This document shows positions 26,100 to 34,605 of a DNA stretch of 64,000 nt, one piece after another. A program made the translations under genes and the position numbers. Positions within the stretch are counted from its first letter, which is position 1. Every line of letters begins with the position of its first letter. Origin of the DNA: Pseudomonadota bacterium (GTDB lineage: Bacteria; Pseudomonadota; Alphaproteobacteria; Rhodospirillales; Magnetospirillaceae); NCBI GenBank assembly GCA_021782815.1, contig JAJXUO010000009.1, positions 17,889 to 81,888 on the forward strand. Direction: 5' to 3'. Below the pieces are notes generated by a model, which saw only the letters and a program-made list of their open reading frames with translations, did no database searches and was not told the origin of the DNA.

Positions 26100-26339
26100 A
26101 TGGAGCTCTCTTGCCGGGAATGTTTTTCATTCCGATCGGCACCTTGTTTGTTGCAAGAATTTTATATATTTTTTGTGGGTATACGGCAAGAAACATTGAG
26201 GGAGATCCTCTCTATCTTCCTAACGATGGCCCCCATTCCTTGGTTTTAAGGGCTCTTCCAAAGGGTGGAGGGTGAATTGCTTATTTTCAGGAATACGGCA
26301 CAATCCAGCGCAGCGCTGGTGAGTGGGACTTGGCCTCGC

Positions 26340-27284
26340 ATGGACGTCATCTATTTTTCCCTGGGCACGGAGTGGGCAACGGAAGATCCGCCGCTGGCCC
26401 CTTGCGCGCATTGCGCCCCCTCGCCGCTCGAACGGGTGGAAACGGCCTTGTGGCAGCATCTGGCGCCGTTCCGCCTGGAGGAATATGCCTATGTGGGCAA
26501 CGACCTGCTGCCGGTGGAGCGGGCGCTGTTCGGTTTTCCCGGCGGCTTGATGTGCGATGCCGATGACGCGGTGCCCGCCGCCTGGGTGTCGGCGCTGGCG
26601 GCTCAGGCCTTAGCGGCGCCGCCGCCCTTGCCGATCTTTCTCTATCTCAAGATTGCGGAACCGGTCGCGCGGGAGCAGACCCGCGCCTATGGCCTGATGC
26701 TGAGCGCGCATCTGGACCGGGTTCTGACCGGCTTTGTTCCGGCGCCCGACGGCGCCTGGTGCCGCTGGCGCTTTGTCCCGGACGGCGGCGCCATCGACGA
26801 GGGACCGGCCTCGCCGCGGGACCGCGACCGCTTGTTGCCGTGGGCGGCGTTGCGCGCCGGCATCGAGGGGGAGGACGCGCCGGATGCGGAGGGACGTTGG
26901 GCGCGGTTTCGCTTCGGGTTCGAGGATCGTCAGCTGGAATTTTCCGACCAGACGCGGCGCGACGCCTTCCTGAGCTGGACCGTGGCCGCCACCGACGCCC
27001 TGTTCCGCTCCCCGGCGCTGTCGCTCCCCGATCTGGTGCAACCGGCGAACGCGGCGGATGTCCGTCTGCCCGGCCGCTCCAAGGTGCGCCTGCCCGCTCC
27101 CCCCGATTGGGTCGAAGGCGATCCCTGGGATTTCAGCGGAGGCAAGGACGGCAAGGTGGGCGCCGAAGCCTACTGGGCCCATGTGCGCGGCCTGCTGGTG
27201 CGCAGTTGCGGCGCTCGCCTGCCCTGGTCGCCCGCCTTGCGCGGCGCCGTGTCGCGGCGGCGCGGCGAGGTGCCGCCGCGATGA
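26340..27284 (+). CDS. Hypothetical protein (314 aa), translationally coupled to the MipZ-like ATPase
   Basis: Strong G/C third-position bias from ATG 26340 onward. The 26265-26339 extension has weak bias. No domain recognised. The stop overlaps the next start (ATGA at 27281-27284). Confidence 0.6.
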   Translation: MDVIYFSLGTEWATEDPPLAPCAHCAPSPLERVETALWQHLAPFRLEEYAYVGNDLLPVERALFGFPGGLMCDADDAVPAAWVSALAAQALAAPPPLPIFLYLKIAEPVAREQTRAYGLMLSAHLDRVLTGFVPAPDGAWCRWRFVPDGGAIDEGPASPRDRDRLLPWAALRAGIEGEDAPDAEGRWARFRFGFEDRQLEFSDQTRRDAFLSWTVAATDALFRSPALSLPDLVQPANAADVRLPGRSKVRLPAPPDWVEGDPWDFSGGKDGKVGAEAYWAHVRGLLVRSCGARLPWSPALRGAVSRRRGEVPPR

Positions 27285-28150
27285 CGCCCCCCTCCTCCCG
27301 CAAACCTCTGCCGGCCCATGTGGTGGTGACCGGGAATGAGAAAGGCGGCTCGGGCAAGACCACCGTCGCCATGCATCTGGCCGTCGGGCTGTTGCATCTT
27401 GGCTTCCGGGTGGGCTGTATCGATCTCGATTCCCGCCAGCAATCCCTGGCCCGCTACATTCAGAACCGCCGGGATTGGATCGAAGAGCACCGCCTGCCCC
27501 TGGCCATGCCGGAGAGCGCGGTCATCACCGCCAGCGCCGCCGACTCGCGGCAAGACGCCGTCCGCGAGGAGCAGGAGGCCTTCGCCCAGGCCCTGGCCGG
27601 ATTTTCCCGAAGCTGCGATTTCGTCATTATCGACTGCCCCGGATCGGATTCACCGTTGGCGCGCACGGCGCATATGTTCGCCGATACCCTGATCACCCCC
27701 ATCAACGACAGCCTGCTGGACCTTGATTTGATTGCCCGTCTCGATCCGGTGGATTGGCAGTTGCGGGGGGCCGGCGTTTATTCCGATCTGGTATGGACGC
27801 TGCGCGGCAAGCGCCGCGCCGAGCGCCGCACCGGGATCGACTGGGTGGTGACCCGCAGTCGCGTCGGCGCCCTGGCCGACCGCAACAAGCAGAAAATGAC
27901 CGAGTCCTTAAATCGTATCCAGCAGGTGCTCGGGTTCCGCCTGGCCGAGGGATTCGGCGAGCGCATCATCTACCGCTACCTGTTTCTGTGGGGGCTGACG
28001 GTGCTTGATCTGCGCGGTGCCGGGCTGGATATCGAAATGACCCGTTCCCATCTGGCGGCGCGCCAGGAGGTTCTGGCCCTGATCCGCATGTTGTGGCTGC
28101 CCAATGTGGATGAACGGCTGGATCGTCTGCTGGCCGAGAACCCGCTCTGA
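27281..28150 (+). CDS. ParA-superfamily ATPase of the MipZ type
   Basis: ATG at 27281 gives 289 aa. Deviant Walker A VVVTGNEKGGSGKTT. IDLDSRQQSLARYIQNRRDW, IIDCPGSDS, TPINDSLLDLD and WVVTRSRV give a MipZ-like layout (recalled from Caulobacter MipZ). Confidence 0.85.
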   Translation: MTPPSSRKPLPAHVVVTGNEKGGSGKTTVAMHLAVGLLHLGFRVGCIDLDSRQQSLARYIQNRRDWIEEHRLPLAMPESAVITASAADSRQDAVREEQEAFAQALAGFSRSCDFVIIDCPGSDSPLARTAHMFADTLITPINDSLLDLDLIARLDPVDWQLRGAGVYSDLVWTLRGKRRAERRTGIDWVVTRSRVGALADRNKQKMTESLNRIQQVLGFRLAEGFGERIIYRYLFLWGLTVLDLRGAGLDIEMTRSHLAARQEVLALIRMLWLPNVDERLDRLLAENPL

Positions 28151-28167
28151 AATCCGGCCGGGCGGTA

Positions 28168-28644
28168 TCAGAACAGCACATCCTCCTCTTCGTCCGCCGT
28201 TTCGTCCGCCGCCTCGCCCTTCAGGGCGGCGCTCAGGCGCTTGCGCCAGGCCGCCAGGGTGACCGCCTCTTCCTGACGGCGGCACCATTCGGTCCAATCG
28301 GGCGGCGCGCTGCCGTCGTCGGCCAGGCCGCAGGTTTCGGCCACCTCGGCCTGCTGGCGCAACAGTTCACCGATGACGCTGGCGATCTGCTGCAATTCCT
28401 GGCGGCGCCGGTCCACGCTTTGCAGACGGACCACCAGTTGGGTGATGTCGCCCTGCAGGGTTTGATCGCCGCGCCGCCGGGCGTCCTCGGCCAGCCGCGA
28501 CAGCACGCCGGCGGCGCCGTCGGTGCTGTCCTCGAAAGCCAGCCCGGTGGCTTCCAGCTCGGCGGCCAGAAAAGTCAGCAGCCGTCGTTCGAACTGGGCG
28601 AAATCCCGCCAGCGTTGCACCGGCGGTTTGGTTTCGAGGCTCAT
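28168..28644 (-). CDS. Hypothetical protein, terminal gene of the che operon (158 aa)
   Basis: ATG at 28642-28644 overlaps the cheB stop (ATGA). Helical, with an acidic C-terminus ending EEEDVLF. No family recognised. Confidence 0.65.
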   Translation of the reverse strand: MSLETKPPVQRWRDFAQFERRLLTFLAAELEATGLAFEDSTDGAAGVLSRLAEDARRRGDQTLQGDITQLVVRLQSVDRRRQELQQIASVIGELLRQQAEVAETCGLADDGSAPPDWTEWCRRQEEAVTLAAWRKRLSAALKGEAADETADEEEDVLF

Positions 28645-29711
28645 GACGGCACTCCCTTGCGTCCCGGTTCGCTGCACAGGCGCAGGATTTCCGAGGGGAT
28701 CAGCGGTAGCGGCAATTCAAACTGAACGGCGCCCAGCTCTTTGGCGGCGCGCGGCATGCCGTAGACCACGCAGCTGGATTCGTCCTCGCCGATGGTGGCG
28801 GCGCCGGCCTGGCGCATGGACAACAGGCCCTGGGCGCCATCGCGCCCCATGCCGGTCAGGAGAACCCCCACGGCGGCGGCGCCGCACATCTCGGCCACCG
28901 AGGCGAACAGCACATCCACCGAGGGCCGATGGCCGCTGACCAGGGGGCCGTCATGCAGGCAGGTGACATAGCTGGCGCCCGAGCGCCGCACCGTCAGATG
29001 ACGGTCGCCGGGCGCGATATAGACATGGCCGAACATGATGGGCTGGTTGTCCTCGGCCTCGCACACCGAAACCGCCGCCATGCCGTCGAGGCGCTGGGCG
29101 AAGCTGGCGGTGAATTTCGGCGGCATGTGCTGGGTGACCACCACCGGCGGGCTATCGGCGGGCAGAACGGTAATGATGTCGCGCAGCGCCTCCACCCCGC
29201 CGGTGGAGGCGCCGATGGCCACCAGGCGGTTGTTGGTGCGGTAGACGTCGGCCACGCGGGTTTGCGGACGGGCGCGCTCGCCCAGGGCGCGCACCCGGGC
29301 GCGGGCGGCGCTTTTCACCATTTCCACCAGTTGCGGCCCCATTTCGGCCAACGTGCGGCTTTCACCGGCGGCGGGTTTACAGAAAACATCGACGGCGCCG
29401 AGTTCCAGGGCCCGCAGGGTCACATCGGCGCCGGTCAGGGTCAGGGTCGAGACCATGACCACCGGCATGGGATGCAGGCTCATCAGCCGTTCCAGAAAGG
29501 CGATGCCGTCCATGCGCGGCATTTCCACATCCAGGGTCAGGACGTCCGGATTGAGCGCCTTGATCTTTTCACGCGCCACATAAGGGTCGGGCGCCGTGCC
29601 CACCACCTCGAGGGCGGAGTCGGCGGCCAGCAGGGCCGAAATCATCTGCCGCATCAGCGCGGAATCGTCCACCACCAGGACGCGGATGCGGTTGGAGGGC
29701 GCCATGATCAT
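28641..29711 (-). CDS. cheB: Protein-glutamate methylesterase/glutaminase CheB
   Basis: REC (RVLVVDDSALMR...VLTLDVEMPRMDG) plus esterase domain (IGASTGGVEAL, HMPPKFT, GMGRDGA). Confidence 0.95.
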   Translation of the reverse strand: MIMAPSNRIRVLVVDDSALMRQMISALLAADSALEVVGTAPDPYVAREKIKALNPDVLTLDVEMPRMDGIAFLERLMSLHPMPVVMVSTLTLTGADVTLRALELGAVDVFCKPAAGESRTLAEMGPQLVEMVKSAARARVRALGERARPQTRVADVYRTNNRLVAIGASTGGVEALRDIITVLPADSPPVVVTQHMPPKFTASFAQRLDGMAAVSVCEAEDNQPIMFGHVYIAPGDRHLTVRRSGASYVTCLHDGPLVSGHRPSVDVLFASVAEMCGAAAVGVLLTGMGRDGAQGLLSMRQAGAATIGEDESSCVVYGMPRAAKELGAVQFELPLPLIPSEILRLCSEPGRKGVPS

Positions 29712-30346
29712 CCGAACAACTCGACTTCGCCTTCCACCGGCGTTTCCTGCAACTGCCGGCGGTAGCTGATTTCGCGGGAGAGAACGGCCTGCTCGATTCC
29801 CTTACGCAGGAACAGTCGCACCACCTTACCAGTTTGAGGAAAAAAGTGAATCCTTCGCGGATGGCGGCCGCCCAGATCCTCGGCCGCGATCGCCAGCTGC
29901 TCCTCGTCCAGGTAGCGGCGGACGAAATCGGCGTTGCGCTCGCCGATGGCCAGGGTACCGCCGCTGTCTCCCATGGAGGCGAGGACATTGGCGCCGCCGA
30001 ACACCTTGATCTCCAGACGGTCGCGCTGCCCGCCCCGGCGCAGGACGTCGTTCAGCAGCGCTTCCATGGCGTAATTGCCGTAGCGCCGCGACCGGGTCAC
30101 CGGTCGTCCTTCCTGTTCGTTGGATTCCGGCAGCATGAAATGATTCATGCCGCCGATGCGGACGACCGGATCCCACACGCAGGCGGCCACGCAGCTGCCC
30201 AGCACCGTCACCACCATTTCGTGGGGATCGCGCGAGACGTAATGTTCGCCGGGCAGCACCTTGACCGCCATCAGCTTGAAGGTGGGGTCGAACCAGCGGC
30301 GGCGGTTCTCCTCCGCTGCCGGCAGGCGGGCGGCGCAGCCGGTCAT
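29708..30346 (-). CDS. cheD: Chemoreceptor glutamine deamidase CheD
   Basis: ATG at 30344-30346 overlaps the cheR stop (ATGA). VTVLGSCVAACVWD and GGMNHFMLP motifs. The 544-aa ORF 29708..31342 is a read-through artefact. Confidence 0.9.
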   Translation of the reverse strand: MTGCAARLPAAEENRRRWFDPTFKLMAVKVLPGEHYVSRDPHEMVVTVLGSCVAACVWDPVVRIGGMNHFMLPESNEQEGRPVTRSRRYGNYAMEALLNDVLRRGGQRDRLEIKVFGGANVLASMGDSGGTLAIGERNADFVRRYLDEEQLAIAAEDLGGRHPRRIHFFPQTGKVVRLFLRKGIEQAVLSREISYRRQLQETPVEGEVELFG

Positions 30347-31182
30347 GGCAGCCGCCGGTAGGCGGTCTTGCCCGCCACGTCGAAGCGTTCGGAAACGCCG
30401 ATCAGGGATTCGGCATGGCCCAGGAACAGCAGGCCGCCCGGCCTCAGGCAGTTGGCGTAGCGGTCCACCAGGGCGCGCTGGGTCTTCTTGTCGAAATAGA
30501 TGGCGACGTTGCGGCAGAAAATGACGTCGAAGAGGCCTTTCATCGGCCAGGGTTCCAGCAGATTGAGACGGCGGAAACGGATGCATTCGCGCACCTCCTC
30601 GGCAATCTCGAGGTATCCCTCCTCGTCCTCGACGCCGAGGAAACGGCGGCGGTAGCCGGGAGGCAGACGCTGCGTCGATTGGGCGGAATAGCGGCCCCGG
30701 GCGGCGCGGTCCAAAACGCTGGTATCGATATCCGTGGCCAGAACCAGGGCGTCGCGGCGCTGCGCCGGCGAGAGCGTATCCACCAGGGTCATGGCGATGG
30801 AGTAAGGCTCCTCGCCCGTCGAACAGCCCGCCGACCAGATGCGCAGCCGTCCGGGTCCGCCCGGCCGGGCGGCCAGGCGCTTCAGTTCCCCGGTCAGCAG
30901 GGTGAAATGATGCGGTTCGCGGAAAAACTGGGTGATGTTGGTGGTGATGGCGTTGACCACATGCTCCAGTTCGGACTCCGGATCGGCCTCCAGCAGGGCG
31001 CAATAGTCCTTGAAGTCGTCGAGGCCCAGGGCCCGCAGCCGCTTGACCATGCGTCCGCGCACCATCTCGCGCTTGTTGTCCGGCAGAACGATGCCGGTAT
31101 GCGACGACAGGAAGGCGGAGAGAAATTTGAACTCCTTGCTCCGCAGCGCGAAAAGCTCGTCGTTCCCGTGGGGATGGGTCAT
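30343..31182 (-). CDS. cheR: Chemotaxis protein methyltransferase CheR
   Basis: IWSAGCSTGEEPYSIAM SAM-binding motif, FCRNVAIYFD. Confidence 0.95.
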   Translation of the reverse strand: MTHPHGNDELFALRSKEFKFLSAFLSSHTGIVLPDNKREMVRGRMVKRLRALGLDDFKDYCALLEADPESELEHVVNAITTNITQFFREPHHFTLLTGELKRLAARPGGPGRLRIWSAGCSTGEEPYSIAMTLVDTLSPAQRRDALVLATDIDTSVLDRAARGRYSAQSTQRLPPGYRRRFLGVEDEEGYLEIAEEVRECIRFRRLNLLEPWPMKGLFDVIFCRNVAIYFDKKTQRALVDRYANCLRPGGLLFLGHAESLIGVSERFDVAGKTAYRRLP

Positions 31183-31199
31183 GTTTTTCCGTGGATCCG

Positions 31200-31694
31200 T
31201 CAGGCGGCGTCCTGGGCCACGGTGTCGGCCAGCAGCAGCTTCTCCAGGTCGAGCAACGCCACCATGCGGCCCTCCATATTGACCAGCCCCGACAGGAATT
31301 GCGCGTCCTTGCGATGTTCGAATTCGGGCAGCGGCTGCACATCGGTGACCGCCACCGTCAGGATATCGGCCACCGCATCCACCAGGACCCCCATGATGCG
31401 TTCCTTCATGCTGACCACCATGATGACATGGTGCGCCGAAGGCTCGGTCATGGTGCCCGAAAAGCGCATGCGCAGATCGAACACCGGCACCACCGCGCCG
31501 CGCAGATTGATCACGCCGCGAATATGCCGGGGCACGTTGGGCAGCGGCGTGGCCGGTGTCCAGCCCTTGATCTCGCGGATCTCCATGATATCGACGCCAT
31601 ATTCCTCGGCGCCGATGGTGAAGGAGATGAACTGCCGCATCTCCTGTTCCCGGGAGTCCGTCGTTGCCGTTTCCATCGCCGTTTCGGATGTCAT
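31200..31694 (-). CDS. cheW: Chemotaxis coupling protein CheW
   Basis: FISFTIGAEEYGVDIMEIREIKGW...RGVINLRGAVVPVFDLR. Confidence 0.95.
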   Translation of the reverse strand: MTSETAMETATTDSREQEMRQFISFTIGAEEYGVDIMEIREIKGWTPATPLPNVPRHIRGVINLRGAVVPVFDLRMRFSGTMTEPSAHHVIMVVSMKERIMGVLVDAVADILTVAVTDVQPLPEFEHRKDAQFLSGLVNMEGRMVALLDLEKLLLADTVAQDAA

Positions 31695-31713
31695 GCCACA
31701 GTCCTCTCGTTTT

Positions 31714-33840
31714 TCACTCGGCCGCCAGGGGCGCGGTGCCGCCGCCGTCGCGGTCGCCCTCGGCTTTCAGCGCCCCCACATCCAAAATCAGGGCCACGCG
31801 GCCATCCCCCAGGATGGTCGCGGCGGAGACGCCGCGCACCGGGCGGAAGTTGGATTCCAAACTTTTGATCACCACCTGCTGCTGGCCCAGCAACTCGTCC
31901 ACCAGCAGGCCCACGCGGTCGCCGCCCTCGGTTTCCACCACCACCACCAGGCCCTTGGTGGGATCGGTGACGGCCCCTTCCACGTTGAACAGGCTATGCA
32001 GGGCCACCAGCCGGATATATTCGCCGCGCAAGGTCAGCATGTTGCCCACATTGACCAGGGCGTGGGTCTGTTCCGGCTTGGGGCGGATGCTTTCGACGAT
32101 ATTGGTCAGCGGCAGCACGTAGCGTTCGCCGCCTACCGCCACCAGCATGCCGTCCATCACCGCCAGGGTCAAAGGCAACGACATGATGAAGCGCGCCCCC
32201 ACACCGGGTTGGGACTGCACGCTGACGCGGCCGCCCACATCCTGGATGTTCTTGCGCACCACATCGAGGCCGACACCGCGTCCGGAAACGTCGGACACCG
32301 CGGCGGCGGTGGAAAAACCGGGCGCGAAGATCAGTTGATCGATCTGTTCGTCGCTCAAGGTTTGACCGCGCTCCACCAGCCCCTTTTCGATGGCTTTCTC
32401 CAGCACGCGGCGGCGGTCGATGCCGTGGCCGTCATCCTCGATCTGAATGATCACGCGGCCTGAACGGTGTTCGGCGCTGAGATGGATGGTGCCTTCCGCC
32501 GGTTTGCCCCGGGCCGCGCGTTCCTCGGGCGTTTCCAGCCCGTGATCGAGGGAGTTGCGGATCAGATGCACCATGGGATCGGACAATTGTTCGATCACGG
32601 TTTTGTCCACCTCGGTGCCCTCGCCGCTCATCACCAGACGCACCTGCTTGCCCAGACGCGCCGAGAGATCGCGGACGATCCGAGGCGCGCGCGAGAACAG
32701 CGTCTTGATGGGCTGGGCGCGGATGGCCATCACGCTTTCCTGCAACTCGCGGGTATGGTGCGACAGTTCCTGCAGGCCCATGAACAGTTCCGGGTGGCTT
32801 TCCGCCGAGAAGCGGTTGGATTGCTGCCCCAGCATGGCCTGGGTGATCACCAGTTCCCCCACCATGTTCACCAGCCGGTCCACCTTGTCCAGCTCCACGC
32901 GGATCGAGGCGGTATGCACGCCGCCGGCGCCGGGTTTGTCCTCGGCCCTGAGGCGCAGCCCGCCCTCGGCGGGATGGGCCGCATCGGCGGGATGATCGAG
33001 GGAGACGGGATGATCGTCGTGCGCGGGCGCTTCGGGCGGCGGCGCGGCTGGAGCATGCGCGACGGCGGCGGGCGGGGCCGCGGGTTCCAAGACCGTTTCC
33101 GCGCCGACGGCCTCCACCGAGACCTCGGCGCAGTCTCCGGCCACGAATTCGAAGACGTCCAGAACCGCCTGGCGCCCCTGCTCCGTGGTGATGCGGAAGC
33201 TCCATGCGAGATAGGCGTCCTGGGCCGCGAGATCCTCGAGGCGGGCCGGCAGTCGCGTCAGATCGGCGCGGATGTCCAAGGCGCCCAGGCCGGCCAGTTC
33301 CCGCACCATCATCAGGGGGTCGTTGCCGGTGCGCAGCATGTTGGCGGCGGGCGTGAACCGGACCAGGAAGCTTTCCTCGCCCGATTCCGGGGCCGGCGCC
33401 GGTGTGGCGCTCGCCGCCGCCTTGGCATCCGCGCCGCCCTGGCCGGTCAGGGCGTTCAGCACCTGGGTCACGCGGTCGCCGTGGTCGGGCGGCAACACCA
33501 CACCCTCCTGGGCGGCGCGGACGAAGTCGCCCAGAATGTCGTTGCCGCGCACCAAAACCTCGGCCAGGGCGGGCGTCAGCCCCACCCGGCCCGAGCGCAG
33601 GGCGTCGAGAGCGGTTTCGAAAACATGGGCGAAACGCACCAGATCGGTGAAGGCGAAAGCGCCGGCGCCGCCCTTGATGGAATGGACGCACCGGAACACG
33701 GCGTTGCAGTCTTCCGGATCGTCGCTGCCCTCCTGCAGGCGCAGCAGACATTCCTCCGCCGTGATCAGCAGTTCGGCGCATTCCTCGAAATAGGTCGTCT
33801 TGAAGCGCGACAGGTCGTTCGTCGAGGACTCTTCGGTCAT
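31714..33840 (-). CDS. cheA: Chemotaxis histidine kinase CheA
   Basis: ATG at 33838-33840 gives 708 aa. Hpt (FRCVHSIKGGAGAF), dimerisation, HATPase (DDGHGID, SGRGVGLDVV) and a C-terminal CheW-like domain. Confidence 0.95.
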   Translation of the reverse strand: MTEESSTNDLSRFKTTYFEECAELLITAEECLLRLQEGSDDPEDCNAVFRCVHSIKGGAGAFAFTDLVRFAHVFETALDALRSGRVGLTPALAEVLVRGNDILGDFVRAAQEGVVLPPDHGDRVTQVLNALTGQGGADAKAAASATPAPAPESGEESFLVRFTPAANMLRTGNDPLMMVRELAGLGALDIRADLTRLPARLEDLAAQDAYLAWSFRITTEQGRQAVLDVFEFVAGDCAEVSVEAVGAETVLEPAAPPAAVAHAPAAPPPEAPAHDDHPVSLDHPADAAHPAEGGLRLRAEDKPGAGGVHTASIRVELDKVDRLVNMVGELVITQAMLGQQSNRFSAESHPELFMGLQELSHHTRELQESVMAIRAQPIKTLFSRAPRIVRDLSARLGKQVRLVMSGEGTEVDKTVIEQLSDPMVHLIRNSLDHGLETPEERAARGKPAEGTIHLSAEHRSGRVIIQIEDDGHGIDRRRVLEKAIEKGLVERGQTLSDEQIDQLIFAPGFSTAAAVSDVSGRGVGLDVVRKNIQDVGGRVSVQSQPGVGARFIMSLPLTLAVMDGMLVAVGGERYVLPLTNIVESIRPKPEQTHALVNVGNMLTLRGEYIRLVALHSLFNVEGAVTDPTKGLVVVVETEGGDRVGLLVDELLGQQQVVIKSLESNFRPVRGVSAATILGDGRVALILDVGALKAEGDRDGGGTAPLAAE

Positions 33841-33895
33841 GCTCGCGGACTCCGCAGGATGGTGGTCGGCAGATGGCAGGGAGGCACCAGGGCCC

Positions 33896-34261
33896 TTACG
33901 GGCAGACCTTGGCCACCACCTGCAAAAGCTTTTCGGGCGAGAACGGTTTGACGATCCAACCAGTGGCCCCGGCGGCGCGTCCCTCATCCTTCTTGCTCTG
34001 ATCGGATTCGGTGGTGAGAACCAGGATGGGCGTGCCGGCGTGACCGGCGGTGGCGCGGATGCGGCGGGTCAGGGTCAGACCGTCCATCTGCGGCATATTG
34101 ACGTCGGTAATGACGCAATCCACCTTTTCGCGGCCCAGCATCGACAGTCCTTCGACGCCGTTCACGGCTTCCACCACCTTGTAACCGGCGCCGCGCAAGG
34201 TGAAGGCCACCATCTCGCGCATGGTCTTGGAATCGTCAACAGCCAGAATGCACTTGGTCAT
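33896..34261 (-). CDS. cheY: Chemotaxis response regulator CheY
   Basis: ATG at 34259-34261 gives 121 aa. ILAVDDSKTMR, VITDVNMPQMDG, LTTE, VKPF. Confidence 0.95.
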   Translation of the reverse strand: MTKCILAVDDSKTMREMVAFTLRGAGYKVVEAVNGVEGLSMLGREKVDCVITDVNMPQMDGLTLTRRIRATAGHAGTPILVLTTESDQSKKDEGRAAGATGWIVKPFSPEKLLQVVAKVCP

Positions 34262-34289
34262 CTTAAATCCTCGTTCTCTCACGCACCGC

Positions 34290-34580
34290 TCAGGCGGCGC
34301 ACATCTCGGTCAATTGCGGGTCCAGCCCCAGCACATGAAAGGCCTTGCACAGGGCTTCGGAGGGCGAGAGCAGCCGCAAGCGGCCGCCTTGGGACCGGCA
34401 GTCCGCCGCCGCCGTCAGGAGAACCTGCAGACAGGCGGTGGAAACCCGGTCGACGGCGTCGCCCTCAAGCCGCACCTCCCCGCCGCCCCCCTGCCCCAGC
34501 CGCTCCAGCAGGGCTTGCCGGAGCGGTTCGGCGGCCGACAGATCCAGGATTGCCGGCAGGCTCAGCGCGGTCTCGGTCAT
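34290..34580 (-). CDS. STAS domain protein (anti-sigma-antagonist fold) within the che operon
   Basis: 96 aa. LDLSAAEPLRQALLE...VRLEGDAVDRVSTACLQVLLTAA...LRLLSPSEALCKAFHVLGLD. Confidence 0.8.
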   Translation of the reverse strand: MTETALSLPAILDLSAAEPLRQALLERLGQGGGGEVRLEGDAVDRVSTACLQVLLTAAADCRSQGGRLRLLSPSEALCKAFHVLGLDPQLTEMCAA

Positions 34581-34605
34581 GGCGTTCCCTTTCCTGGCCG
34601 GGGGC

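Noticed and set aside
26759-27280. N-terminal 174-aa extension of the MipZ-like ORF (463-aa version).
   Set aside because: The extension overlaps the better-supported 314-aa ORF in another frame and is Arg/Gly/Pro-rich. The Walker A motif begins 15 residues after the ATG at 27281.
29708-31342. 544-aa ORF that would fuse cheD to an upstream extension across cheR.
   Set aside because: The upstream part is out of frame with the clear CheR sequence and is Arg/Pro/Gly-rich. The internal ATG at 30344-30346 gives a normal-length CheD with an ATGA junction to cheR.
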